A DNA stretch of 63,858 bases, the filler included, from Stramenopiles sp. TOSAG23-2 (lineage: Eukaryota), in NCBI GenBank assembly GCA_900128395.1. It is 17 parts of 17 records of this genome, joined end to end, with 100 filler letters (N's around TTAATTAATTAA, not from the genome) between each part and the next. Parts side by side here need not be neighbours in the genome. Positions count along the whole stretch, not along the records: positions 8,246 to 12,267 come from LT651025.1; positions 12,368 to 16,385 come from LT651026.1; positions 16,486 to 20,501 come from LT651027.1; positions 20,602 to 24,613 come from LT651028.1; 13 more parts are not named here. One strand, written 5' to 3'. How positions within the stretch are numbered: position 1 is the first letter of the stretch; each line of letters begins with the position of its first letter. The notes under the pieces were generated by a model. It did no database searches. It was not told where the DNA came from and saw only the letters and a program-made list of their open reading frames with translations. Shown piece after piece: positions 10,173-21,372 of this stretch. A program made the position numbers and the translations under genes.

Positions 10173-12233
10173 ATGGCAAGTGTTACTGATAATTTGGACA
10201 ATAATACTAATAGTAAGAATATTAGTGAAACGAATATTGATACTAACTTATCAACACGCCGTCAACGCGAACATTTACAAATTGATGCTACAAAAATTCA
10301 AGAATCTTGGGAAGAGAAACAGGTTGGTAATAATATGGCTGTGCATGGTCCTTTTGAACCAAGCAGTTTGTCAAAAGAAAAAATAAAATCGCTTGCGCAT
10401 ATTGGAGATGTTGCAAATAAGAATTCAGTGAAAACAGTTGCAAAAAATCAAGAAGAGGAGGATGACCTTGATGAAGCTAATGCGGAAATAAAAAGACGAC
10501 CATCTGGATTTTGGAGATATGTTAATGGTTGTTTTGGAGGAAATTCGTCAAACAAACAACCACTTAAACCACGAGCACCGAAAAAAATTACTTCAACTGT
10601 TTCTAGTAATATTGAAACTAAAATTCCAATAGCTTCACCAAAACATGAACTGTATGGCGAGACAAAAAAAGAATTTATTTTGGAAAATAATAACAATAAT
10701 CAAAATATTGAAAATGTAAATGTTGACGATAGTACAGTAATTAAAAATGACAAAGAATCAACGACAATAAGTGCACCAATAATAAACAAAAGTGACAGTG
10801 TACCACCAATCAATCATATGGAACACGGTAAATTTGTTGAACAAATTTTTCCAATAATATATTCTAATTTTTACGATTCTGATTGGGAAATACGTCGTGA
10901 TGCACTTTATCAAATCCAAGATATTGTAGAAGCTATTGGTGCAAATCCACATTCACTGGAAAAATCAGGTATTGATTCCAACAATAACAACATCCTTATC
11001 AATAACCCGAACATGGACGATAGCAATCCATCAAATGGAGAGGACGATTTAAACAAAAATCTTGACCAATTTTTAGCTGCATGCCATGTTGTCAATCATT
11101 TTTTAAGCGGAGCAGAACATGTAATGAAACTTATTGTTGTATCATACGATGTTTTCGTAAGTGCCGTTGAAAGTTTTTCTACATTGTTACAATTACAATC
11201 AACAGAGAATGAAAAGTTTGTAAACAAATTTCATGAAAAAAATCAACCAGTTATTAATGTTATTAAAACGTTAGTCCATAGAATTGGAGAAAACAATAAA
11301 AAAATTTTTAAAAACAGTGCTAAAACTTTAATCTTTTTGGGTCGTCAAAAAATATTAAAAGGAAGCAAACTTGTAGCAAGTGAATTTATAAGTGAAATAC
11401 CAGAGATAGAAAATAATCAACGAAGTGCAATTTTGTCTTTACGAGCACGCTTGCAACTGTGTACAAAAAGTTTTGTAACAGAATTTGGATTTAATCATGG
11501 AATTGTGAAAGATGGATTTGACATGGAAAAATTGATACGAAATATCATTTTACCAGCATTTTTATGCTCTGATTCCAAATCATACACATATGCAATTTCA
11601 TTGTGCGTTAAATCATATAATGAAGTTGGAAAATCATTCTATAAGAAATTAAAGGAATTGAAAGTTCCACGAAAAGCATTAGATGAAATTAAACATACAA
11701 TAAAAGGAAACAAACAAGCAAGTAAAGAAGAAAATATGAATGACAAGAATGTACCTCAAGAAGATGTTGAAACTATCAAGAAAGGAAATAAGGAAAGGCA
11801 AGAGGTAGAACAAGGCAGTGAATGTACTCAAAAACAATCTGAAGAGCAAGTTGAAAAGGAACAAACGTCATCTGATATTTCACCACCACCAGGATTAGAA
11901 ATGCCATTGAACAAGAAAACAAAAAAGAAGAAAAAAAACAAGAAAAATAAAATAAAATCAATGTCAAAATCAAAATCGAAAACAAATTTATTGACAATTG
12001 GTAATATGCAAGAGAAATCAATGTTAAAACCATTGGAAAATTCTTTGCAAGCTAGCAATGCATTGAATTTAAAGCCATTACCAAGCCTCAAACCATTGAA
12101 AAAAAATAAGTTGCCAAGTAAATATGTTTTAACATGTACTTCGATCGAAAATAATAACATGAATGACGTTAATATTATCACCCCATTGGAAGGAGCTGGC
12201 GATCCATTTCAAAAGAAAAGATTGTTAGTTTAA
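10173..12233 (+). CDS. TOG/HEAT-domain protein (CEP104-like TOG)
   Basis: DSDWEIRRDAL, LVHRIGENNKKI and LRARLQL HEAT motifs between disordered tails. Confidence 0.55.
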   Translation: MASVTDNLDNNTNSKNISETNIDTNLSTRRQREHLQIDATKIQESWEEKQVGNNMAVHGPFEPSSLSKEKIKSLAHIGDVANKNSVKTVAKNQEEEDDLDEANAEIKRRPSGFWRYVNGCFGGNSSNKQPLKPRAPKKITSTVSSNIETKIPIASPKHELYGETKKEFILENNNNNQNIENVNVDDSTVIKNDKESTTISAPIINKSDSVPPINHMEHGKFVEQIFPIIYSNFYDSDWEIRRDALYQIQDIVEAIGANPHSLEKSGIDSNNNNILINNPNMDDSNPSNGEDDLNKNLDQFLAACHVVNHFLSGAEHVMKLIVVSYDVFVSAVESFSTLLQLQSTENEKFVNKFHEKNQPVINVIKTLVHRIGENNKKIFKNSAKTLIFLGRQKILKGSKLVASEFISEIPEIENNQRSAILSLRARLQLCTKSFVTEFGFNHGIVKDGFDMEKLIRNIILPAFLCSDSKSYTYAISLCVKSYNEVGKSFYKKLKELKVPRKALDEIKHTIKGNKQASKEENMNDKNVPQEDVETIKKGNKERQEVEQGSECTQKQSEEQVEKEQTSSDISPPPGLEMPLNKKTKKKKKNKKNKIKSMSKSKSKTNLLTIGNMQEKSMLKPLENSLQASNALNLKPLPSLKPLKKNKLPSKYVLTCTSIENNNMNDVNIITPLEGAGDPFQKKRLLV

Positions 12234-12674
12234 AGTTTTTGCAAAAAAAGGAAAAGAAGAAGAGTATNNNNNNNNNNNNNNNNNNNNNNNNNNNNNNNNN
12301 NNNNNNNNNNNTTAATTAATTAANNNNNNNNNNNNNNNNNNNNNNNNNNNNNNNNNNNNNNNNNNNNTGGCCTGCCTTATTAGGGCTTGCCCAGCTTGCC
12401 CGCAAACCAATATTTAATGTAAGCTTGTACTAATAAAAGTGCACTAAAACACTACCAGGTAATTAAATTCTACTACTATAATTCTAGAATAACAGTCTTT
12501 TTTTTTTTTTATAATATGGCGATTATTTATTACAACAATATATTTGATACTACTGGACTAATAAACCGTTGGATGTAATTTCATCATAATTCTAAAACAA
12601 ATTGTTATTATATGTATATAATTTACATATATATGAATAAATGAAAGCGAAAGTAACATTTATAAAAATTCAAA

Positions 12675-13424
12675 ATGTGCAACCTTTGTTATTATCATGG
12701 GAGCCAAACACTTATTGCGCTTCTAATGACTTTATGTTGTTTAAATAATGTAGTAAACACTGTAGCCGACGACGATGACCCAAGTGGTTATTCTAGAGCT
12801 GGTATGAAAATATGTCCGTGCTTTTGTTCAGTTAGGACAGGAGATGATCAATCCCCATATTGGGATGAACATTTTGGCGATGAAGTATTAAATGAAAAAA
12901 ACCTGCCTGCGGCTCAATGTGCTACTAGTTCATGTCTTGACCCTTCCTATACGCAACATATGACCTACTGTAAAGATTACGTTAACTATCACTTTTGTCC
13001 AAGAAAATTTAATGGAGTTAATAACACTAATACTGCCGAGTACATTAAAGCTCTTGATGCACATGCAGAAAAGTGCACCGAAAGTACAGTGACAATGGAG
13101 TATGAAAACGCAAATATAAAAGAACACGAGAAAACATGCCTCTCCAATATCCGAGCTGGTGCTTGTTACATAGTCTTTCCTACATGTACAAGTACGAATA
13201 TTCCAGTTGGTACCTGCAGTAGTTTTTGTGTACACGAACGAACTGGCTGTAGAAGCACAGGGTCAACCTATGGGCATAGAGATTATCTTACGTCAAATTG
13301 CCAGAATGATGGCCGTTTTGTCAATTCGGTAGAAACTAAAGTATGCACTGGAGGTGCAAGTGCTCTATTTCATTTTGGGGAAGCATTTTTCAACATTTTA
13401 CTTGTATTATTATTGTCAATATGA
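12675..13424 (+). CDS. Secreted, probably GPI-anchored Cys-rich protein with frizzled-like CRD
   Basis: N-terminal hydrophobic signal; CYIVFPTC...CSSFCVHERTGC pattern; hydrophobic C-terminus after TGGA. Confidence 0.65.
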   Translation: MCNLCYYHGSQTLIALLMTLCCLNNVVNTVADDDDPSGYSRAGMKICPCFCSVRTGDDQSPYWDEHFGDEVLNEKNLPAAQCATSSCLDPSYTQHMTYCKDYVNYHFCPRKFNGVNNTNTAEYIKALDAHAEKCTESTVTMEYENANIKEHEKTCLSNIRAGACYIVFPTCTSTNIPVGTCSSFCVHERTGCRSTGSTYGHRDYLTSNCQNDGRFVNSVETKVCTGGASALFHFGEAFFNILLVLLLSI

Positions 13425-13719
13425 TAGTAAGTTTACATTCTTAACTTGTTAGTTTATGTATGCATAGACATAGTGGTTATGATATCATAGGAATTGTCAT
13501 GCTGAGTACGAATTTGTAAAAATTAAAAAAAATCATCAACGTGTAGTATTTCGTATCATACTTGCCAGCTGGCATAATGACATATAAATGTGTATAAAAT
13601 AAGTATATATATATATATATATATACGAACTTATATTATAAATTATATATTATTATATATATATATATATATATTAAATAAGAGAATTTTTTATATGCAT
13701 ATATATGATATATATGATA

Positions 13720-13955
13720 TATATGATATGATATATATCATTTATTTAATTTACGCACATAATTTATTTAAATATAATTTAATTTTATCATACGCATAAT
13801 TTACTCATGATAATTCTTCATATCATATATAAAATGTTCTCTTCTTCATATATATCATACAATTATATCTATATCTCACACACTAGTGTGTTGATATTCT
13901 CATAATGGAGAATACTTCGTATAACAAATGAAGGTACTCGTAAATAGATGGTATG
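13720..13955 (+). repeat. Dispersed AT-rich repeat, copy 2
   Basis: Homologous to the reverse complement of 1160-1380, with small TA-bounded insertions. Confidence 0.8.
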
Positions 13956-14504
13956 TCTAATTATTTTGATAAATATTTTTATATAATACCCGATATATAT
14001 TATATTTTGATCAAAATAAATTGTGTAATATCTCTATAGAGATTTTAAAAAAAATTACTTTTCAAAAGATATCTCTCCTCATTTTATATTCATACTTCGT
14101 ACGAAGTATTAATGTATCAATGTATCATATTATATATATGCATATACATGTTAAGATTCATATCATATTTTTTTATATAATATACAAAAATAATATTGAA
14201 AAAATTAAAAACATTAAAGGAAAAATATTTATATATATATGTCTATGTTTTAACCAATATATATATCATATGCATATGCATATATATATATTTTATATTT
14301 ATATATTTAATAAAAAACATAACATTAAATTTACTTTTTTCTTCTTTTTTTTGACATCATTTTAAAAGTTTACGATATTAATGCAAGTTGTATCATATTA
14401 GTATGATATCACAAAATCATATCTTTACAAGGTGTATTTCATTGATTACCAAGTGTTGCTACACTATATATATTAATATACAAGTGGGCATATATAAATT
14501 ATAT

Positions 14505-16334
14505 TTACAAATTTGACAACAGTTCATCATCAGCAATTGCAGCGATATTAGATGCGGCATTGCTTAAGTCTCCACTTTTAAATGGTGGCAATGCACGTTT
14601 TGTTTCGTCATATCCAAATTCCAATCCACCTTCTAATACAGCATCAAGAGCTTCTTCAACGCGATCAACAAGAATAATTTCCATTTCATTTCTGATCTCC
14701 TCTGGAATTTCAACAACGTCTTTTTTATTTTTTGATGGTAAAACAACACGTCGCAATCCTTCGCGGTGAGCAGCAAGACACTTTTCTTTAATACCACCAA
14801 CTGGAAGTACTTTGCCACGTAACGATATCTCTCCAGTCATAGCCGTATCCGAACGCACTAATTTGTCAAGAAACAAAGATGAAAGAGCACTCGTGATCGC
14901 AACTCCAGCGGATGGTCCATCTTTAGGAATGGCACCAGCTGGAAAGTGTATATGAACATCCGAAAATTTGAACAGTGGCTCTCTTTCTTCAAACACAGAT
15001 TGCTCTTGCAAACCAAGTTCAACGGTATTTGCACGTATCCAACTCAACGCTATTTGTGCGGATTCTTTCATTACATCGCCAAGTTGACCAGTAAGCTTTA
15101 AACCACCACTTCCACGATATCTTGTGCATTCGATAAATAACAATTCGCCTCCAACACTTGTCCATGCTAATCCAGTTGATACACCTGGGACTGTGACTCT
15201 CATCGCAGTCTCTGATTGAAAGCGTACAGGACCCATAATTTCCTCAACCAACTCAGGTGTCAACACAGGTGCATAGAATTTGCCAACACTTCCATTGCTA
15301 CTCCATTCTGCTACACGAACGGCAATATTTCGACACAATGCAGAAATATCTCTTTCAAGACCACGGACACCGGCCTCTCGAGTATAACTACGAATTAAAA
15401 ATTTCAACGATTCAGTTGGTAACTTAAAATCTTCTGGTTCCAACGCATGTCTTTCAACAGCACGTCTTACTAAATGTCTTTCGGCAATTGCAACTTTTTC
15501 ATTCATGGTATATCCAGGCAATTGAATAATCTCCATACGATCACGAAGTGGGCCTGGAATTGTCGCAAGGTCATTTGCTGTTGCGAAAAATAAAACTTCA
15601 GAGAGATCAAACTCACTATTAATGTAATGATCGACGAAGTGTGAGTTTTGTTCTGGATCTAAAATTTCAAGTAAAGCAGATGCTGGATCGCCGCGGAAAT
15701 CTCTTCCCAACTTATCAATTTCATCCAATAACATTACTGGATTTTGCGTACCAGCTTTTTTCATTCCGGCAATAATGTTGCCAGGCATTGAGCCAATATA
15801 CGTACGCCTATGTCCACGGAGTTCCGCTTCGTCACGTACACCACCCAAAGCCATACGATGGAACGTTCTTCCCAATGCCTTAGCAACGGAATTACCTAAT
15901 GAAGTCTTTCCAACTCCAGGAGGTCCTAAAAGACATAATATAGCACCCGCTGAGCGACTTTTCGTTTGCTCCTCTTCTTTCATTGCTTCTTCTGATTTTG
16001 CTTCTTCTCCTTCTTCAGTTGAGGAAGCAGACTCTTCTGTACCCCCGGCACCTACATCTTTCGATGGTCGTTCTTTCATTTGATGCAATTGTTTGATAGC
16101 TAAATATTCTACCAAACGTTTCTTCACTTTCTCTAATCCATAATGATCCTCATCCAATTGTTCTTTCACCCGAACTATGTCCATAGCATCATCCGAGTAT
16201 TTACCCCATGGCAGATCAGCCATCCATTCTAAATAAGTTTGAATCATGGAGTATTCTGGTTGCACAGGTTGCATTCTTCCAATGCGTTTCAATTCCCTGG
16301 TGACGACTTTACGCGCATCTGGTGGCAATGGCAT
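14505..16334 (-). CDS. LONP2: Lon protease, probably peroxisomal (5'-truncated by inverted chimera)
   Basis: GPPGVGKT Walker A, GHRRTYIG, LLDEIDK, PKDGPSAG catalytic Ser, GGIKEK Lys; C-terminal SNL is a PTS1-like variant. Confidence 0.93.
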   Translation of the reverse strand: MPLPPDARKVVTRELKRIGRMQPVQPEYSMIQTYLEWMADLPWGKYSDDAMDIVRVKEQLDEDHYGLEKVKKRLVEYLAIKQLHQMKERPSKDVGAGGTEESASSTEEGEEAKSEEAMKEEEQTKSRSAGAILCLLGPPGVGKTSLGNSVAKALGRTFHRMALGGVRDEAELRGHRRTYIGSMPGNIIAGMKKAGTQNPVMLLDEIDKLGRDFRGDPASALLEILDPEQNSHFVDHYINSEFDLSEVLFFATANDLATIPGPLRDRMEIIQLPGYTMNEKVAIAERHLVRRAVERHALEPEDFKLPTESLKFLIRSYTREAGVRGLERDISALCRNIAVRVAEWSSNGSVGKFYAPVLTPELVEEIMGPVRFQSETAMRVTVPGVSTGLAWTSVGGELLFIECTRYRGSGGLKLTGQLGDVMKESAQIALSWIRANTVELGLQEQSVFEEREPLFKFSDVHIHFPAGAIPKDGPSAGVAITSALSSLFLDKLVRSDTAMTGEISLRGKVLPVGGIKEKCLAAHREGLRRVVLPSKNKKDVVEIPEEIRNEMEIILVDRVEEALDAVLEGGLEFGYDETKRALPPFKSGDLSNAASNIAAIADDELLSNL

Positions 16335-16485
16335 AGTTCGGGTGAAAGAACAATTGGATGAGGATCATTATGGATTAGAGAAAGTNNNNNNNNNNNNNNN
16401 NNNNNNNNNNNNNNNNNNNNNNNNNNNNNTTAATTAATTAANNNNNNNNNNNNNNNNNNNNNNNNNNNNNNNNNNNNNNNNNNNN

Positions 16486-16757
16486 GTTCCATACAAGCGC
16501 AAACTTCTAAACAAGACTAAAGAAGGAAGGATAAAACTATTCGACCACACCGGGACAACGATAGCATGTTTTGCTGCCATAAAGGAGGCAATACGGGGCT
16601 TACGATATGACTTCGGATATGGTTTCTTTAATTGTATTAAAGCATTTATTTCAGCTGAAAACTCATACGGTTCAAACACATACGGCACAACGACAATATA
16701 ATAAAAATACAAGGTTGTAAAATATGCAGCTATTCGGGTGAATATGGGACTAGTCAT
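16486..16757 (-). CDS. Possible N-terminus of a membrane-anchored protein (3'-truncated)
   Basis: ATG at 16757, hydrophobic stretch, open to the contig edge; the antisense frame is also open, so strand is uncertain. Confidence 0.3.
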
Positions 16758-17437
16758 ATTGCCGGCAATGCAATTCGACAAACGGAAAGAATAAATTCAT
16801 CGAACCTCAAATTTCTTTTATGTTAGCGAATCTTGGTAATGCCTGAATAATGCCTTCGACAAATAATTTAAATTGATGAAAAAAAGAAAAAAAAAGATAT
16901 GCATACTTATTGTATTATTATATTACTATCCTCAACAACAATTTGTACACTACGAATAATCAGTACTGTGTACCTGCTAATACACCTACCACCTGTGGTA
17001 AACTACATTAACATGGTCTAATACTACCTTAATTAGTGTAGAATCGTCGTCGATTAAGATTTGAGACCACCCTTCCTCGTAAGTGCGTAAATGCGTTAGC
17101 TAAAGCGGCCTAAAAAAGCAGCCTGAAAGATGGAAGTTTCTGCCAGAATTAGAATGTGCCAGAAGCAACAATCTTGTAAAAAGTGCATGCTGGGCTAAAA
17201 AAAATGATAAAATGGGATTAAGCACGGACGTGCGCACATTTACAGTAGTCTACCAGGTACTACACACATCTTCTATTCTTCTTTTTTTAGTTAAAATAAA
17301 TATATTATAATAAATAATTGATTGAATGCATCATAGTGAAGCCAGTCAACTAAAAGAAGAACAGCAAAGACGAACAAGAACAAAAACAAATTTAGCAACA
17401 ATTGGACAGTAATAACATATCGCACAACGAAGGTATA

Positions 17438-20179
17438 ATGCACCATCGCTCTCACGATAACAACAGAGAATTAACAAGACAGGTACATAAAATTTTGGAT
17501 GAATGTGCTACAAAATTGAAAGATGATCCAAGACGATATACATCTATGTTTATAAAAGAAAAATTGAATAATATTATGTTATATTTACTCAACCCGGACA
17601 GCTCTGGAACTATCGTATCTAGTCCTGAAATTATCCAAATGATTCATAGTTTTTGGAAACGTCAAAAAAATAATGTTATCATTTGTGATGTATGCGTCGA
17701 TGTTTTGCTGGGAATAATAAAAGAAAGAAAAGTCAAAATAAAAAACCACTTCGGCAATGATTTAGGATTAAAAAAATTTAAGCCTGCTGGCCCAAATACA
17801 AACGGACCTGAATATACATTCAATGAATATCTTGACCAACGTAGTTTCATTTATAACTGTATTAGGTTGCGTTTAAAGCAAGTGTTAAAAATGTTTGAAG
17901 ATGAAAATTATCGTGAATGTGAAAAGATATTAATTATCGTGGAGCAAAAGAGTGACATCATAAGCAAAGCATTTAAAGATCTAATTCCAGATGATGATCA
18001 TGATAGCGACGACCTTGAAAAATTATATCACTTTAAACATGTAGTAATTCCGAAAATGAGAATTCAGTTGGATAAAAAGTTGAAAACCAGTGGTAATAAC
18101 GACAATCATAGCAGCAGAAAACGAAATATATCTAACAATAATAATAATGGCTCATCGATTCTCAAAGAAAGTGTAAATTTTAAAAAACAACGTATTGAGA
18201 AACCGAAAAAGAAAAAGAAGAAGAAAAAGAAGAAGAGGAAGAAAAAGAACATGATGATGATGATGCCAATGAGTAGTGAGGATGAAGAGAGCGACGAGGA
18301 GGAGGAGGAAGAAGAAGATGATGATGATGAAGAATTGACTCCAATAGCTGATAATAATGGGAGCAAAACACCAATAGCCGATGATGATGATGGTAGCGGT
18401 AGCGGTGGCAGAACACCTGTAATAGTAGAAAGTGATGTTACCCCTATAGCAGAGGATGGTGGCAGAACTCCTATAATTGTAGAAAACGATGCAACACCAA
18501 TAGCTGATAATGACGATGGTGAACATACACCAATTTTATTTAATACTACTATTGAAAGTAATTTTAATAATGAAATTGCGGATGAGGAGGAACAAAAGGA
18601 GGTTGATGTAATGAATTTACTTAGCCGTGCTGGTCAACGTAAAGAATGTATTAACAAGTATGCAAAACTAAATTATTTGTCGCAACCAGAATCACTTTCA
18701 GATGAAATGATAGATAAATTGACACGTCGAGATACTAAAGATTTCTTTGTAACACGTCGCATGAAACTAACCTTGCCCAAAAATTGGCTTGATGAGGTCA
18801 ACCCACCGCGTACATTAATTAAAACAGAAGGAATGAATATTAATAATACAGATTCAGATTTATGGATGAATGATTTTGAACGGTATTGGAATAATGGTGA
18901 TTTTATTTTAACACGGATAAAAACTGGGACTAGTCCAGATAAACCTTCATTTCTTGCTCGAAAAGTTAATGCAAATACGTGGGAGTCCGAACCGGAAAAA
19001 AAGTTTGATTTATTCCTTGGGAGCGTTACAAACAATGAGCTTAGGAATGCAAATAAAAATAAAGCTATCACTATCACAAATGCTATTTATAAAGACGATG
19101 AAGGTGTGATGAAGGAAGATGAGGATAAAATACAAATTGAACTTGATATGTATGATATTACAAAATTAGGTGATTGTACATTTGGTGACGAAAATTTAAT
19201 GTGCGATGATTGTGAAGACAAGTTGAAAAATTCAAATGCTTTTATTTTTAACTATGGTGCACCGCTTAAATTTGTTTTAGTATGTCGTAAACCGAAAGCA
19301 AGTTATACAGAAGGAACTAATAATCATAACCACGCAGATAGTATACACTACGAGCATTTCCCAATGATTGAATTTGAGATTAATTATGGCTTAATGGATT
19401 TGAAGCGAGACTACAATGATAAAAAATGCATGCAAATACGAAAAGCAAAATATGGAAAGGAGGGTTGGGGAACGGCGGCACTATTGCAATATGATGCAGT
19501 AAAATTCCAATTCGATGCATATCAACGTGCTAATGTAGCAGTTGGAAATGTATCAGACAAATCAATTACGCAAGCAGGTTTAGAACTGGAGTGTGACATT
19601 ATCGCAAAAGCCCATTTGTTAAGGAAATTAGAAAGAGACAGAAAAGATGCAAGAGCAAAAACAGGACTTCTTGAACATAATATTTCGCAGCAAAGAAAAT
19701 GCGACAATAAACGTTGTAGTAATGGCTATCAAACATATAAATTATTCAACAGTAGTGGTTGGGGAAACAATTCTAACAATGGCAAATGGGTATGTAGACG
19801 ATGTTCTTGTGAATGTGGCGAAAGTTTAGTTGAACTCAAAGTTGAAGACAGATATAGGTGCGAACAAGATCGAGTTAGTAAACGATTAGCAGCAGATGGT
19901 GATATTTGGATATGTTGGAACCGAAATTGTGATATAGTATACGATCGACGATTTTTATCTTATCGTGGCCGTTGTCAAAGAACAGGATGTAAAGGAATTT
20001 TAGATCCTGATGGGAAATGCGATTTTTGTACTTGCCGTTATTGTCGTAAGCCGCTTGATCGCGATAGTGAGAATCCAACATTATGGAAATGCAATAATAA
20101 TTGCCCATATAAAGTTGAGACGGATATTGAAAAAGGATTTGTTAAGGGTGTTGTGAGATATATCACTGAAAGTCGTTAA
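17438..20179 (+). CDS. Hypothetical protein with TP(I/V) repeats and Cys-rich multi-zinc-finger C-terminus
   Basis: About 2.7 kb ORF; poly-K and acidic tracts; many CxxC/CxxxxC pairs in the last 160 aa. First ATG is 17438. Confidence 0.7.
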   Translation: MHHRSHDNNRELTRQVHKILDECATKLKDDPRRYTSMFIKEKLNNIMLYLLNPDSSGTIVSSPEIIQMIHSFWKRQKNNVIICDVCVDVLLGIIKERKVKIKNHFGNDLGLKKFKPAGPNTNGPEYTFNEYLDQRSFIYNCIRLRLKQVLKMFEDENYRECEKILIIVEQKSDIISKAFKDLIPDDDHDSDDLEKLYHFKHVVIPKMRIQLDKKLKTSGNNDNHSSRKRNISNNNNNGSSILKESVNFKKQRIEKPKKKKKKKKKKRKKKNMMMMMPMSSEDEESDEEEEEEEDDDDEELTPIADNNGSKTPIADDDDGSGSGGRTPVIVESDVTPIAEDGGRTPIIVENDATPIADNDDGEHTPILFNTTIESNFNNEIADEEEQKEVDVMNLLSRAGQRKECINKYAKLNYLSQPESLSDEMIDKLTRRDTKDFFVTRRMKLTLPKNWLDEVNPPRTLIKTEGMNINNTDSDLWMNDFERYWNNGDFILTRIKTGTSPDKPSFLARKVNANTWESEPEKKFDLFLGSVTNNELRNANKNKAITITNAIYKDDEGVMKEDEDKIQIELDMYDITKLGDCTFGDENLMCDDCEDKLKNSNAFIFNYGAPLKFVLVCRKPKASYTEGTNNHNHADSIHYEHFPMIEFEINYGLMDLKRDYNDKKCMQIRKAKYGKEGWGTAALLQYDAVKFQFDAYQRANVAVGNVSDKSITQAGLELECDIIAKAHLLRKLERDRKDARAKTGLLEHNISQQRKCDNKRCSNGYQTYKLFNSSGWGNNSNNGKWVCRRCSCECGESLVELKVEDRYRCEQDRVSKRLAADGDIWICWNRNCDIVYDRRFLSYRGRCQRTGCKGILDPDGKCDFCTCRYCRKPLDRDSENPTLWKCNNNCPYKVETDIEKGFVKGVVRYITESR

Positions 20180-20601
20180 AAAAATCTTTATTTGATATGT
20201 GTGTGTGTGTGTGTGTTAATTCTCCTTTCAAATTATAGCAACTATTGTGCTATTCTTACGTGCTTACGGCAAGGAGAAAAAATAAAAAAAGGGGTCTAAC
20301 TTTTTTAAAAATATATTAAGTATGTATTTTGGTATACTACAGTAATATTTCTATTTGACCAAAAAAAATAATTTCAGACCGTTTCAAAAGTTCAAAGGTT
20401 AAGCAAAAGTTCAAAGGTTATCGTTAAAATCTCATATTTTTTTGGAAGAAAATATTATTAAAAATAAATAGAATGAACAAAGTTATAATCAAAACCATAA
20501 TNNNNNNNNNNNNNNNNNNNNNNNNNNNNNNNNNNNNNNNNNNNNTTAATTAATTAANNNNNNNNNNNNNNNNNNNNNNNNNNNNNNNNNNNNNNNNNNN
20601 N

Positions 20602-21189
20602 TTCCGATCTAATAGTCATAATAATAGTTATAACCAACATAGATATGATGACAGAAGTTATAATAACAGACAAGGTAGTGGTGGATATAATGACGGTGGG
20701 AGGGATAGTAGAAGATATGAACAAGATAGGCGATATGACAATAATAGCAATTATAACAATAGGAAAAGAACAAGGGAGAATGCATATGATAACAATAGCA
20801 ACAACAGCAACAACAACAGCGTTTACAATGATGGAAGAAATTCAGACAGTATTAAACGTAGTAGGACAATGCCAATACAGTCTTCACGACCCCCACCAGT
20901 TGCACCGCAAGCATCTTCATCTTCTTCAAAACCTGGATTAGAAAGGTTAACTTCTGCTCCAACAACTAATAACAGAACTGTGTCTGAAAAAGCGAAAGGG
21001 GGATCAGGTACGAAAAAGACGAAAGACCAAAAGTTGGTTGAAGTTGAATCAAAAATTCGTTTTAAGAAAATTCCAAATTCTAAATTTGATTTGTTAAAGA
21101 TTCAATTCAAAATTGATGGGATTGAGCAACGAATAAAACATTTAGATGACAGACTTGCAGCTTTAGATAATATGGAATATTCAAAGTAA
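20602..21189 (+). CDS. 3' end of a protein with R/Y/N/D low-complexity region and terminal coiled coil
   Basis: Frame open from contig start and continuous with track ORF 20869-21189. Confidence 0.65.
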   Translation, partial: FRSNSHNNSYNQHRYDDRSYNNRQGSGGYNDGGRDSRRYEQDRRYDNNSNYNNRKRTRENAYDNNSNNSNNNSVYNDGRNSDSIKRSRTMPIQSSRPPPVAPQASSSSSKPGLERLTSAPTTNNRTVSEKAKGGSGTKKTKDQKLVEVESKIRFKKIPNSKFDLLKIQFKIDGIEQRIKHLDDRLAALDNMEYSK

Positions 21190-21372
21190 AAATATATATA
21201 CTCGCGTATGTTTTTTAAAAAGTCAAAAGGAGAAGGAAAACAAGAGAGAGAGAGAGAGAGAGAGAAAAGGATGTATTTTCTACGCGAGATACGTCGTATG
21301 ATCGAGTATAAAATGTGATATTAAAATGTGCGTGTGAGAAAACTTTTTACAAAATTTCGTACGATGTTTTTT

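Noticed and set aside
20602-20610. TTCCGATCT at contig start
   Set aside because: Matches the Illumina adapter 3' end; probably technical.
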